Notes: generated from the sequence alone by a model not told the origin. Numbered from the stretch's first letter, positions 1 to 13,539 are shown. The stretch: 64,000 nucleotides of DNA from Narcine bancroftii (GCF_036971445.1 NC_091480.1:23870001-23934000); one strand, 5' to 3'. Made by a program: numbers and translations.

Positions 1-226
1 TCAATAACAAACTCAATCATTTAAAGACTCTTAAGCACTTTATTTTTTTCTCTCTGTATTGCACAGTTTGTTCACATTTCTTTATTTGTTCACAGATGTA
101 CATTGTGTATAGTTTGTTTTTTGCACTACCAATAAGTGGTTAATTCTGCTTGCACGATAAAGAATCTCAGAAAGAATGTCATGTATGCACGAAATAAATC
201 AGAAATTTGAATTTGAAATTTGAATC
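1..226 (+). mobile_element. 3' UTR/tail of a Rex1/Babar (or L2-like) LINE
   Basis: Shares ACTCA..ATTTAA.GACTCT and AGAATCTCAG with the Rex/Babar fragment at 24345-24630. Ends with AATAAA and a (TTTGAA)n-like tail. Confidence 0.5.
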
Positions 227-1364
227 TTAGCATGCAAGGAGAGTTAATGTGATGGCAATTGTTTTAATGGAGAAGACGTGTTAGTAGAATCATAACAGAT
301 CTCAAGCTTTCAATGAGTCTTTAAACAGTGGAGTGAAATGTGGTTATCAAGCAGATGCATTGGTTGGAAACATCAGAAATTGCTTGCGTTCCTATTGCAT
401 TGTTATAACAGCTTGAACAAACCAACCACAGAAAACTTCAGGTCTGCAGTGACTCCGCTGACAGTATCTGCCACCCCCAGCTTCTGGAACACAAGGATGT
501 TAGAATTCAGCTCAAAGTTTCATAATCTTGGATATCATGAAGCAATTTATAATTCTGTGAATTATACATGAATTCTTCCATTAGACTACAATTGTTTCTT
601 GAACTAACCCAGTTATAAATATATTAGACGCATATTGGGTCAGGCTTGCCACCACGAAAACACAATTTGTAATGTATCATATTCCACAAAACCAGCTAAA
701 TATGCACGATCTGTGGGAGATGCAGTTTAAAAAGTACAATAAGTGCACAACAACAGCAGATTTACAAAGTAAGAGGTTATGTGGAATTCAAATATAAAAG
801 TTTATTTTTCAGTTCTTTAATCAATCCTCTTTTCTGAGAGCAAAGCAAACCCAAGAACAAAAGTTGATATGAAATAAACATTGGGGGTGAAAGACCTGTT
901 CGAATTGGATGGAGCTTTCTTGACCTTGAGCTTCATCCCAGACGGCTCCTCCACCCCCACAGACTGAGCAACCTTATGTTTTGGACCTTCAGCATAGGTG
1001 GGGGCTCCCCTGCATCAAGACACCCTTTGAAAGGCTTTCTGATAAAGCAAGGCAAGGGAGTTTGGGAGCAAAGGTTAAAGCAAGGATACAGATCTGGGAG
1101 CTTCAACTTATTATCTTATCACTTCAGAAGTCAGAAAAATTGGAATTGTCTCTAAATCAAAGTCACCATCTTACATTTCACATCTTGAGACACCCAATGT
1201 GAAAGGCACCATGTTGGATCCCTTTCTTTATACCTGGAAAACTATATGGATTCCCAGATCCAATCCTCACTTTCTCATCAAAGGACACTATCACCCACAC
1301 CTACTTCCCCAAAATACACTGGACAACATTTTATTCCCCAGAAGGTTTGCTTCCTGAAAAAAAA

Positions 1365-1770
1365 TAGAGATTATGATAGGTAACTTCAAGCTGAACACAA
1401 AGATCATTTTAGATTTGGTGCAACATGTAGGAAGTTGGAGAAACATTAAATGATTTTTTTAAAAGTTTGGCATGTTTAATTGGAGAATGACGCTGACACA
1501 TTGGGTTAGTTGAACTGACCTAAAAACGTTTTGCTGCTGATTTTCATTTGTACTTAGCATCTGATGCCTCTCATGCCAATTCCAACAATAGTTGGCCAGG
1601 ATTGATGGATTCCAGTTACCCTGATACCGCTTTTCCATGGTTGCATCTGGATGAAACGTTTTTTCACCACGTTCGTCACTGTCTGCACCAAGATCAGTAG
1701 GGAAGAAGTCCAAGTGCGAATGCAGAAAATGAATTTTCAATGACATGTTGCACTTTGTGGTTTTCCACAT
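1365..1770 (-). mobile_element. C-terminal relic of a DNA transposase, Chapaev3/CMC-like
   Basis: ORF 1459-1770 has MSLKIHFLHSHLDFFP.DLGA.SDE.GE..FH.D..MEKRYQG.WNPS.LA.YCW, a conserved transposase C-terminal block. Family name is from recall. Confidence 0.6.
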
Positions 1771-2225
1771 GAAGACCAGCCGGAAGGAAAACCAATCACT
1801 GCTTTTTTGGGGAGGAGAGGGGCAAGAGTAGGAAATAGATCATTTGTGGTTCAAACCCCTATAAAAGGAGGCAGGAGAGAAAGATAAAAGAACAACCTAC
1901 TGGTGCGGGAAATTTCAACAAAAGTATGAAGACAAAGGAACTGGGAGAATGGAATGGAGTTCTGACAGGAAGCAGAGCAGGAGATGGCACAGTCAAAATA
2001 ACATTGTGGGCCAATGTGTTGATAATAGATATTGGTCTTTAAGCTATCCCTACAATAGAGATAAAGGAGTCAGAAAAAGAATCAGATATTTACCATGTGA
2101 AAGTAAGAGGCACAGGGAAATAAGCAGTAAAAGTGAAAATAATTTTGGGATCTATACAAGAGTCCAAAACAGTCCCAGAGTTATCAATGACTGGAAAGGT
2201 GTGGGAAAATAGGGCAGATAAATAA

Positions 2226-2490
2226 CGGCGGTATAGTTAGCATTGCGGACAGTGCAACATTGTAACAGCACCAGCAAGTGGGAACGGGGTTCAAATCCTG
2301 AGTAGTCTATGAGAAATTTGTATGTTCTCCCCATGTCTATGTGGGTTTCCTCCGTGTGCTCCAAGTTCCTCCCACCCTTCAAATTGTACCAGGGTTTGTA
2401 GGTCAATTGGATGTAATCGGATAGCACAGGCTCATGGGCCGAAAGCATCTGTTACCGTATTGTGTCTCTAAATTTAAATTTAATTTAACA
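2226..2490 (+). mobile_element. tRNA-derived V-SINE (HE1-like)
   Basis: B-box-like GGGGTTCAAATCC, V domain (TTTGTATGTTCTCCCCATGTCTATGTGGGTTTCCTCCG...TTCCTCCCAC), CR1-like tail ATGGGCCGAAAG...TCTCTAAA and (ATTTAA)n. Confidence 0.85.
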
Positions 2491-2710
2491 TTGCTTGGTG
2501 GTTGCAAGTTACCATATAAAGCCTTTCAGTGGACTTACCTGGAGAATATGTTAGATGCAAGGACACATTCACTGTGGGGACAGGGATGATGTGGCAGTGG
2601 AAATTCACTGGCAGGGATTCATTTCAAAGTAGAAGGGCCTGCAGATGATACTAGCAAATGAAGGTTGGACAAAGGGATGCACGTAAATGGTGAAGATGAA
2701 ATGGTTAATA

Positions 2711-2970
2711 AGACCATTAGACAGAGGAGCAGAAATAGGCTATTCATCCCATCGAATGTGCCCCACCATTTAACCATGAGCTGATCCACTCAACCCCACT
2801 GCCTGGCCTTTGCCCCATCATCCTTCACACCCTAGCTAATCAAGAACCTCTGGCTTAAATACACCCAATGACCCCCTCCTTCACAACCACCTTTAGCAAC
2901 AAACTCCATAGATTTTCCACCCTCTGGCTGAAGAAATTCCTTTACCTCTCTCTTCTAGGTGAATCCTGTA
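2711..2970 (-). mobile_element. CR1 LINE 3' fragment
   Basis: Similar to the 3' end of the CR1 at 16094-16400 (GGAGCAGAAATAGGC...CCCTCTGGCTGAAGAAATTCC). Confidence 0.75.
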
Positions 2971-3309
2971 GTTGTAACAGGAAATTGTCAAAGTGGCACA
3001 GGGCTATGGAGGCATCATGGTTGCAAATGTGAAGGGATTGCAAAGGGGAGAAAGACAAAAGTAAGAATAATGAGAGACAAGTTCTGTGGGACAAGAACTG
3101 ACTGAATCAATTGGCCTGGGGTGTTCCATTTGAGAGGACGTAGAAATGTGGGGTCTGAGACCGGAGGATGTGAAGAGAAGACCTGAGGGAGTGAATGCCT
3201 GGAAACCATCACTTGTGGGCTCATGGTAACAAGGAGAATTGCATTCATCATCTGAAAGGTGAAGGCCAGTTCACTAAGCCATCATAGGTAAGCAAATCAA
3301 ATGACAGTG

Positions 3310-3811
3310 TTGGAGCTGTCCTTACCGAGCCAGTGAGAGGTGGGGAGACCTTTAGACCGGACAGCCAGTGTAACTGCTCTCCATATGGTGGCATTCTCCC
3401 TCTCGACCTGGCCGTTACCACGTGGGTTATAGCTCGTGGTCCTGCTTGAAGCGATACCACATTCCAGAAGGTACTGTTGCAGCTCCGCGCTCATGAATGA
3501 GGACCCCCTGTCACTGTGGATGGAATTGGGGTATCCGAAAATGGCGAAAATACTGTGAAGGGCCTGTATCACTGAGGTGGCAGTGGTGTCTGGGCAGGGC
3601 ACAGCAAACGGGAAGTGGGAGTACTCGTTGATGGCCGTAAGGATGTAGGTATTACGGTTGGTCGACGGTAGGGGCCCCTTAAAGTCTACGCTAAGACGCT
3701 CGAAGTGGCGGGTGGCTTTGATAACGTGGGAGTTATCTGGATGGAAGAAGTGGGGCTTGCATTCAGCGCACACCGAACAGGCTCGGGTCATGGAGCGGAT
3801 CTTCTCGACTG
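3310..3811 (-). pseudogene. Gypsy/Ty3 integrase fragment
   Basis: ORF 3297-3830 has C..C zinc-binding cysteines (CSVCAEC) and the D,D,E motifs SVDFKGPL, IHSDRGSSF and NGQVEREN. Confidence 0.9.
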
Positions 3812-4049
3812 AAGCCTTGGTTTGGATCAAGTCTTTGGTTCTTTCGACGAGCTCTACAATTTTATTAGCAAAAGACAGGAGCTCTTCACAGGTGGCCGAC
3901 CAGTCCGGAATGATCTGACCTGGCTAGGGACACAACCCTTTAAGGCCCAGACAATAGGCGTGGCTTAGCTCTCAGCCAATCGCTGTAAGCACAGTCTAGA
4001 TACAGCAGCTATATACACTATGTATTGGTGATAGATCTGTACTATCACA
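3812..4049 (-). mobile_element. Gypsy LTR directly abutting the integrase fragment
   Basis: Minus strand starts TGTGATAG at 4049, then ATTGG (CCAAT box), a TTAAAG TATA-like element and AATAAA. The ...CTCTACA terminus lies in the opposite orientation at 3851-3858. Confidence 0.65.
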
Positions 4050-4924
4050 GATGTTAAAACAGCCTCTGTTCAAACTGCAGGTAATTGCAATCAGAAATGA
4101 TGCTCAGTGCTCATTTTTCTGGACTTCAGCAACTGTTGTCAAAAGGAAAGGGTTCAATGTCTATGCTAACATTCCTGCAAGGAATAAATATACGGTAAAC
4201 TGGCTTTTGATTAAATCAACACTAAATCTATTTAAAATTATCTACTTTGAGGGGAATAAACACACATTTTCTGCATGTACAAAGCGAGGCAATCATTCCA
4301 AGCTGAGACACAAAATAACCAGGCCAAAATGATAAGTGTCTCTTTTCTCATTGCTCCCTGCACGCTGATCAACAAAGCAACACCATGTCAGGCATTCAAA
4401 CACAAATAGATAATCAGAGATTCATAAAGATTAATATTGAGCTACAGGTAATAAAAACTGTTTAACACACCTCTATCAGAAAAAAAAGGCGTGTTAATGA
4501 ATGACTCCAGGCAATGAACTCACTGAGAGATTTTCAACAATATCATGAACTAAGAAAGCAACACAACCAAGCCACAAGGTGAAATTGTGCTTTTGCAATT
4601 GCTCCAATTTAGTCAACAAACTGACCCTTCCCTCCCTGCCACAAAAAACTATGCTAATGTCCATTTAATACTAAATGCACCCATGTGACAACCAATCAGA
4701 AGTCTCTTCCACTTGGCTGCTTAACTAATAAGCTTCAATGAATGGATTGAACATGAACTTGTACTGGCAAACACACCAGTCTACAATGTGAATAAATGTT
4801 TGATATTACCATAGAGGGTAATTCAGAAATTCAGAAGGTATTTAATAAAAATTGAGCAACTTTTTCTCAATATCCACGGCTCACCATTCCCGTCCTGCTC
4901 TCCACAGGTTGCTTATGCAATTGT

Positions 4925-6070
4925 TACCGATAGAGTGGAAGGTCATCTCAAGCTGCAAAGAGATTTCAATATGCTGGTGAAATAAGCTGAAAAATGGCAG
5001 ATGGAGTTTGGGGTGATTTGAGGGACATAAAGATCGCGGAGAACAAGCCTATAAGAACGTAAGATATAGGAAGGAGCAGGAGTTGGCCATCTGGCCCGTC
5101 GAGCCTGCTCTATCATTCAATGTGATCATGGCTGGCTGATCTCCTCCTACCTATCTTTTCCCCATATCCCTTAATTCCCTTACTATGTAGAAACCTATCC
5201 AACCTTGTCTTAAATATATTTACTGAAGGTGGCCTCCACTCCTTCAATGAGCAGCGAATTCTACCGATTAACCACCCTCTGGGCAGAAATGTAGGTCACC
5301 CTTCAATCCTGAGATATGAATAATATCTCCTCTGAAGAGGATATTTACAAGAATGTGGTCAGAGCCCACCTCACTGACAAAAGGCAAAGGAGGAAAAACC
5401 CAACACCCAACCCCAACCAACCAATTTTCCCCTGCAGCCGCTGCAACCGTGTCTGCCTGTCCCGCATCGGACTTGTCAGCCACAAACGAGCCTGCAGCTG
5501 ACGTGGACATTTACCCCCTCCATAAATCTTCGTCCGCGAAGCCAAGCCAAAGAAAAGAATCATGAGAAGAGACTCAACAATGCAGAACTGTTTTCCCTAG
5601 AATGAAGGAGGTCAAGAGGAAATATAATACACGTACATATAATCTTGAGAGGTCTAGATCTGGTAAACTGTAAGAAACTTTTCCCAATATTAAAAGATAG
5701 ATATAATTAGATGACAATGATTTAAAGCAAGGGGAAAGAGATTTAAGGGTGATGCGGGTGTTATGAGGAAAAAAAGCTGAGTCCACAGCCAAATTAGCCA
5801 TAATTTGATTAATGGCTCCACAGGCCAGTTGACTTACATGAGGACCTTCTTCACCCAGAGAGTAGTCAGCACCTGGAAGGCTCTGCTTGAGAGAGAATGC
5901 AAAGCTGGTTTGCTGACAGGATTTAAGAACTGTCTAGATGAGCACTTGAATTGCTTTGATGGTTGTGGACCAAATGCTGGGTGATGGGGTTATTGCAGAA
6001 GACTTTCCATTGGTTAGTGTGAATGAGTTTGTCCCAATGTCCGGTTTCCATGCTGCACTATTTCATATTC
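4925..6070. mobile_element. Nested CR1 fragments (+ RT piece 4925-5030, - 3' end 5050-5330, + 3' end 5560-6070) around an RTE tail
   Basis: Translates to LQRDF..LVK*AEKWQMEF and FFTQRVV..W..L. The minus-strand tail begins ATAAGAACGTAAGATATAGG on +. Confidence 0.7.
5360..5559 (+). mobile_element. RTE LINE, 5'-truncated 3' end
   Basis: Encodes RAHLTDKRQRRKNPTPNPNQPIFPCSRCNRVCLSRIGLVSHKRACS* plus the GCCAAGCCAAAGAAA tail. Near identical to the other RTE copies in the window. Confidence 0.9.
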
Positions 6071-7748
6071 TTAGAATAGCAGGAAACAGTTCGTAACTCT
6101 GATTGTAATGTTCCTTTTATGGCCCAGTAGAAACATGATTGCTGACATTTAAACCAGGATTTTAATAGGGTTGACAACAGCCATTTTGAATCTTTGTTCT
6201 CTTACCAAGAGAAATCTGATGGAATGCTTCCTTTTGGAGGAGAGAGATCCTTTGGATGTATGGTTAATAACTACAATCTGTTAAAAAAATATTTGGCAAA
6301 ATGAAAGAATTATCAATTTTAAAAAAAGGTGAATGGCTGGAAGAAAGGCAGACGATGAAGGTCTGCACAGACATCAAAATGAAGGCACAGAGGAAGGAGA
6401 GGTGGTTCAGAACTGCTGGCATGCTAATGAAGGCAAGAATCAGCAAACAAAATGTGCCCATGAAGTGAAGTCACTGGGACAAAATAAATGTTTGAGAATC
6501 TGAGCAAAATAACCATCCTTGACCCTTCTTCTGCCATGACCCACATCCCTCCAGAACTACAGCCTTAAAGAATCTAATGCACGGTCACATCATGAGACAT
6601 GAATATATGTTAACAATGCTGCATGCAGATCATGACCCCAGTGATACCATTACTCAGTGTGTGACAGGTAGGCTGAATAGTCCCTAACAAGACCAGCAAA
6701 GTCTAATTAAGTGTTATGTCCAGGATGATCCTGGAGAGCCCACCACATCCTCTTCTCTTTAAGATATCCTTCAGGTTGTTAGAAACCTCTTGAGATATGC
6801 AACTCAATATTCCCACTTGTGTTTCATTTCAAGCAGTCGGATTTAAACTATTTATAGAGAAACTGCAGTTGAGGATTTCATAGACCAGTTGCACATTGGA
6901 TTCGTCCAGCAAGTCATCTTTGGGGATTTTAAAAGCACAGAAGTTAGTTTTAGGTGTGTTGGAATAACATATTTGTGCATGACCATGAGCAACTCTGCAA
7001 GAAGCTGAAACAACAGATTCATCTCCTTGGTCTGCCTTTATCTTTGCTTTCCAGATCTCTTCTCAACTTCTTTTGCCCTCCAGCCTTTTGAATTTACCTT
7101 CTTTGGAACTGCAAAGCTTCCTGTTACTGAAGTGCCACATTGCTGGCATTAAGGTGATGGTTAATTGACCACAGTTAATTGCTTGTGGTCATTTAAAAAA
7201 AAATTAAGTTAATGGAAAATGCATTAGACTACCTTCAAAACCTCTCATTCAATTCCAATGAAACTAATTATGTCAAAACAATTTGTGTTCTTACAAGGGC
7301 TTGAATTTAACATAGAGCCACTTTGAGAAATTGTTACCCTCCTCCTCCTCAGATTCCTTCCCAAATGTTTCCACATGTTTAAGGTGTTCATAAACCTGTT
7401 TTGAGATTGTTCCAAAATATTTGCTTTCAAAATATGAAAATTGTAACTTCAGTGGGAGGCCTGAAGTCTATTTTCTCCATCTACCAAAATCTTTGGGAAC
7501 ATTTGACAGTCTTTTTTTTCAAACTTTATTTAAAAGATAGTAAAAAGAACATAACATACAGTATAAAAATAATCAAGATTTTTTTTTACATTAACACCCA
7601 TCCTACCCTCTCATCCCTACAGCCAACTCCCTTAAGGGGAGCAAAAAAATAAATAAATATATAGATTATTTATATATATATATACATAAAAAAAATAATA
7701 TATTATAGATGTTAATAACATTTCAAAGTATATCGAAATGCATGTATT

Positions 7749-10700
7749 TCAAATACGGAGACCACTTACTAACAAAAGAAGAATAATTATCATGTAAATT
7801 ATAAGTATTTTTTCCATAACAATACATACTTTCAATTCATTGTGCCAATGTGATATATTAATCTCAGTGTCATCTTTCCAAGTACTAGCAACACATTTAC
7901 GCGCTACTGATAACACCAAATCTACAAAAGCAATTTTAATTTTGTACAATCCCATTCCCCATAACGAATACAAATTTCCCAACAAAAAATCATTGGATCT
8001 AAATGTAATATAAAATTATATAATTTTTCCAAAACTACTTCAATTCCTTCCCAAAATTATTGAACTTTAACACATGTCCAAACGGCATGTAGAAAAGTTC
8101 CAATACATGAGCCACATCTAAAACAAGAATCCGAATTACTAAACCCATATTTTTTTTAGCTTTACCGGGGTCAAATATAATTGGTGCAAAAAAATTATAA
8201 TTAACCATTCCATATCTTACATTAATCAATTTAATTACATTGTCCTGACACATATTCGCCCAATCATCTTTGGGAAAAATAAATACTAAATCACTCTCCC
8301 ATTTAAGTTTAGATTTCTCCCAGTCTCAATGATCTCTCTATCATAATTATCTTTTATCAAAGCTCTAAGTTGATAATACGCAAACAAAGAATTTATAGGT
8401 ATATCAAATCTTTCTCTCAATTGATCAAAACAATCTTGTATTGTCTTTATACCTTTAGAATCCCAAATCTTTATAGGATTATTAAACATTGAGAAAGGAA
8501 TAGGCTGATTATTATACAATGGAGTTAAAATTGATAATTTATCTTTTAACATTAACACCCTTTTTTTTAAAATCCAAATCTTTAACAAATTTTTCAATAT
8601 TGGCATATCATATTGCTGTAACAAAATCAAATTCCAACAAAATATAAATTAATGTATCTCAACCCTAGAAATACACGCCATCTCCACTTTAGCCCAGCTA
8701 GGAAGCTGATCTAAATCCATCAATCTACTAACAAACTTCAACTGGACCGCTTCATAATAGGTTTGAAAATGTGGTAATTGTAGTCCGCCCAATATATGCA
8801 AGTCTATGCAATGCCACTGGAGATAATTTACCTTTCCGTAAAAACTCTCGCACTGCTTTATTCAAATCTTGAAAAAAGCCCTTAGAAAGTAAACAAGGTA
8901 TTGACTGAAATAAATATTGAATTCGAGAAAAAATATTTATTTTAATACAATTAACCCGAACAATCAAAGTTAATGGAAGATCTTTCCACTTAATGAAATC
9001 TGCTTTAATCCATCTTAACATAGGTATATAAATTAATTGATATAATGATTGATAATTAGTACCATAAACACACCTAAATATTTAATTTTACTTGACCACC
9101 TTAATTTTGTAATAGTTTTAAATTCAGAATAATCTCCCACTCCAACTGGTAAAATTTCACTTTTATTCCAATTAATTTATATCCCAATAATTCTCCAAAT
9201 TTCAGCAAACACTTTTGTAATTTTTTTCAAAGACCGTTCCGGTTCCATCAACACATCATCCACAAATAAGTTAATTTTATATTCTTCATTCTTAACCCTC
9301 ATCCCTCTAATTTCTTCATTTTGTCTAATAGCCTGAGCTAATGGTTCAATAGCCAACACAAATAAAGCTGGTGACAATGGGCAGCCCTGTCGAGTTCAAC
9401 GAGTCTATTTAAATGGTAAATAAATCTGTTCATTTGTCACCACCCTAGCAATCGGGTTAGTATATAAAGCCTTAACCCAACCAATAAAAAAAGGGCTGAA
9501 TTTAAATTTCTCCAACACTTTAAATAAAAAATCCCACTCAACTCTATCAAAAGCTTTTTCTGCATCTAATGCAACCACCATAGGATGGTTAGGTTGCTTT
9601 CGATACACGTTGACCAAAGTAATTAATTGAAATATATTCCCTGATGCATTTCTATTCTTAAAAAAATCTGTTTGATCAATATGTACCAATTTGGGTAAAT
9701 ATTTAGCAAGTCTAATAGCTAATACTTTTGCTATAATTTTATAATCTACATTTAATAAAGAAATAGATCTATTTTTATTGGATCTCTATTTTTTTTTGGA
9801 ATGACAGTTATTAAAGCACTTGAACGTGATTCTGGTAACTTCTGATCTTCAGTAACTTGATTCAACACTTCTCCAAATACATTTGAGAAATCATCATAAA
9901 AAAAGTTTATAAAATTCCATAGGGAATCCATCATCCCCTGGGGACTTTCCATTAGGCATTTCCTGAATACCTTCCTTAATTTCAAAATTTGTAAATGGGG
10001 ATTCCAATTCCTGAACATCATTTCCATCTAATATTGGTAACTTTAATTTAGATAAGTAAGAATCAATAGGACCATTATCCTGTTTCCACTCAGAAGAATA
10101 TAATTTTAGATAAAATGAATAAAACTGGTCATTAATTTCCTGAGGTTTATAAGTATCTTTTGAATTTTTCTTAACAGCATTAAAAGTCCGAGATATCTAT
10201 TCTGCTTTCAATTGTCAAGTACCTTATGAGCTCTTTCCCCCAACTCATAATAATGTTGTTTAGATCAATTAATTAAGCGCTCAAACTGATAAGTTTGTTA
10301 AGTACTAAAACATAATTTTAACCTCACTAATGTGACTTTTTAAATCTTCTGTTACTCCTTTCTGAAAATCTTTCTCTAACTCAGCAATTTTACTTTCTAA
10401 CTCTAAACTTTCTGCCATATATTGTTTCCTAACTTTCGTAGAATAACTAATATTCTGCCCCCTCAAATAAGCTTTTAAAGCATCCCATATTACAAAATGA
10501 CTATCCACAGAATTAACATTCTTGGTCAAAAATAAAGAGATATTCTCTTTAACAAAAGTAACAAACTCTGTTTTTTTTCAATAACATTGCATTAAACCTC
10601 CATCTAAATGACGGACGTACTACCTCCAAAACTTCACAAGAAAAAAATAATAATGAATGATCTGATATAACTCTACTTTTATATTCAGCTCTTAATATTC

Positions 10701-11332
10701 TACCTTGTAAATGTGCTGATACCAAAAATAAATCAATTCTAGAAAATGAATCATGTCGTGAAGAATAAAAAGAAAAATCTTTCTAGGTAGGATTAACTTT
10801 TCTCCAAATATCCACCAAATTTAAATCTTTCATTAACACATTAATTTTTTTTTGCCATCTTTGATTTCCTTATATTTTTTGGATTTCTGTCCAATAAAGG
10901 GTCCAAAACACAATTAAAATCACCACCAACTAACACATTTTCATTAGCTTGAGTTAACAGTAAAAAAGCTTCTGAAATAAACCACTCATCATCTATATTT
11001 GGACCATAAAGTTTCAGCAAAGTCCAAGATTCAGCAAAAATTTTACAGTTCACTCTTAATTCTCTGCCAGCATACCCCTCCGAAGATTCCAATTCAAATG
11101 GTAAATTTTTATGAATCAAAATTGCTACTCCTCTTGGCTTAGAATTAAAAGAAGAAAAAACATGACCAACCCAATCTCTTTTCAATTTCAATTGTTATTT
11201 TTCAGTCAAATGTGTTTCTTGTAAAAAAGCAATATCAATTTTCATTCTTTTAATATAAGCCAATATTCTCTTTCTCTTAATTGGATTATTTAATCCCTGA
11301 ACATTAAAAGTTGCAAAATTCCATTTAGACAT
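7749..11332 (-). pseudogene. L1 ORF2 (APE endonuclease-RT-Cys-rich), frameshifted
   Basis: Starts M..WNFATFNVQGLNNPIKRK, then FLQETH, GGDFNCVLDP, LDAEKAFDRVEW, QGCPLSPALF, LFVDDVL and the C-terminal CFRC...H..WTC. Split over many ORF-track pieces. Confidence 0.92.
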
Positions 11333-11639
11333 CTTTTTTAACTACTAATATATTTACACACTATAAAATAATGCTCCCCTCTATAATTCTTCCAAAAAAT
11401 TAACCCTAAAAAAAACCCAGAAAAATACAAAAAAAAACATGCAAAGGTTGTAATACCCTAAAAATCTGGGTGTGGTAAACCCAATAGCGGCAGATAACTA
11501 TCAAAGTTTTCAGTGTCATCCACCTCCCCCAGCCAGATACATATTTATTATTTAATTACGATAAAATAGACCATATATTCAGCCCAATGATTCCAAGCCC
11601 AACGACTACTCCGAATCTTCAACATCAAGAAGACTTTGT

Positions 11640-13150
11640 GTCAACTCTTCTTTCTTTCCATTCTTTCCATACTTTCCATACCCATGTCCTTTTCCATTTC
11701 CCCTCCTCTTAGGATACAATGGAGGAGAACATCCATTTATTTGCAGTTCCGGCAAAGAATTAGCAAAAACCAAAGCATCGTGATCATTCTCAAAGAATTG
11801 AGATTGAAAATTTCCATTAAAAAACCTTCAAAATTGCAGGATAACGAAAAGCAAACATAGCCTTTTCGCCACAAAACATCTTAGGCCGTAATAAATTCTT
11901 GTCGTCTTCTAATAACCTCTTGGCTCAAATCGGCATAAAAGAACATTCTGTTATTTTGAACCATTAATGGAGACTGATTCAGCCGTGCTTTCTGTACTGC
12001 CATACGTAGAATCATTTCTCTATCTTGATATTTTAAACAACGAACCAAAACTGCTCTCGGTGTTTGTCCTGGAAGTGATTTTCTTCTCAGAGCTCTGGGA
12101 GCCTGGTCCAATTCCAAGCCTTCAGGAAAAAGCCATTTACCCAGCACTTCTGGGATCCAATACTTAAAATTTTTTATAGGATCGGCACCTTCAATGTCCT
12201 CTGGAAGACCAACTATTTTCACATTATTCCTTCGGCTTTGATTTTCCAATGAATGAATCTTCTTCAATAAATCTCTTTTTTGAATCTCCCAAACTACAAA
12301 AGAACCTTCCACTTGTTCCATTTTTTCTCTATTACGTTCTACCTGATTCTGACACTCAGAAAAGGCTGTTTCAATTTTCTTAAAATTATCTTCCTCAGTA
12401 TCAAATGATTTTATACATCCATTAATATCACTCTTAACTACAGTCATTTCCTGTTTCACAGTTGACATTTCATCACACAGGGTATTCATTTTTATTTTCA
12501 TCTCCATAAATCCTTGATTCACCTGAGTTGATATTGTTCTGACATATTATGCATTTGACAAGCAATCCCTTCCAAAACAGTAAACATTGAATCCATTCCA
12601 GATTCCATCTCCACTTTTTGAGGTCTTTAACTACAGGCTCCTTCTCCTGGACAAGTTCCAATAAGGTAAGTTCCTCTTCTTCCTCAGTCATTGTAGATCC
12701 TTTAGCTGAACGGCTGCGGGTCTGGACATCCGATGCCGGAACCCCGACCTCTTTGGGACGCCAGCGCGCGGGCTCCCCCACAGTCCATACTTTGTCCAGC
12801 AATTCTCAGACCCAGGATGCCCCACACAAGCTAGGCAAATCCGCCGGACATGCAGGAGCGTCCTCCTATGCTACACTGCATGCCCCCGGGCCACCCATTG
12901 AGGTTTCAGGTTCACGGGCACCTTTGTCAGCCGTGCCGCCTGTGCGCACAGCTTCACGTGAACACGTGTCAGCAACGGCTGATACCATCTTGCGGAGGCA
13001 GGATCGGCTCTGGGGTCAAACTCAAATGGGCTAGAGCCCTCTGATGCTTGGAGACTCCCAACGACGATTCTGTGGATTCAGCTATGCAGGTAGGCCTCAT
13101 TTCTTCTGTACTATCGTATGGTGATTTTTTTCTGAAGTTGAGGTTTAAAT
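11640..13150 (-). pseudogene. L1 ORF1 (coiled coil + RRM/CTD), frameshifted
   Basis: ORF 11881-12522 has a heptad region, then LENQSRRNNVKIVGLPEDIEG, PRAVLVRCL.YQDRE and FFYADLS.EV.RRR. Probable ATG near 13150. End coordinates are approximate. Confidence 0.85.
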
Positions 13151-13288
13151 GTTTTCACATTAGATGCCATCATAAATCACTGTCATTTAAACAACTGTAA
13201 ATATTATTTTAACCACTTTTATGCTTTTTAAAAGCCCGGGTATTTAGTAATCCAGCTGGGGAAAGGTGGAATACACGTCTTTCTTCTA

Positions 13289-13299
13289 CGCCATCTTGC
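13289..13299 (-). promoter_or_regulatory. YY1-type motif at the L1 5' end
   Basis: Minus strand reads GCAAGATGGCG about 10 nt inside the 5' end, the same motif and position as the YY1 site of mammalian L1 internal promoters. Confidence 0.6.
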
Positions 13300-13539
13300 C
13301 ACGCGCCCAACATCTGACAGTTTAATGTAATGCTCACACCCACTCCATAATGAAGTTTCTTCCTCAATTACAGTTTTGATAATCCTTGCAAAGTTCTTAG
13401 AAAATTCCCTGGCATGACTCAATCTTCATCTCTTGCACCAGAACTAAACTGGTGCACATTAATGAGCACTGATTGTTTAGGTTATCCACAGATGTGGCTG
13501 GGCTACTCTGTACAATCCTATGAAAACGGACAAGTTAAA

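Larger units (their letters stand above)
7511..13308 (-). mobile_element. Full-length, decayed L1 (LINE-1) with 13-bp TSD
   Basis: TSD AACATTTGACAGT (7498-7510) / AACATCTGACAGT (13309-13321). Poly(A) remnant and AATAAA at 7512-7530. ORF1 and ORF2 are in canonical order. Confidence 0.93.

Noticed and set aside
2533-2590. Possible minus-strand micro-exon with a perfect CAG/GTAAGT donor
   Set aside because: No recognisable peptide or partner exons, and such motifs arise by chance.
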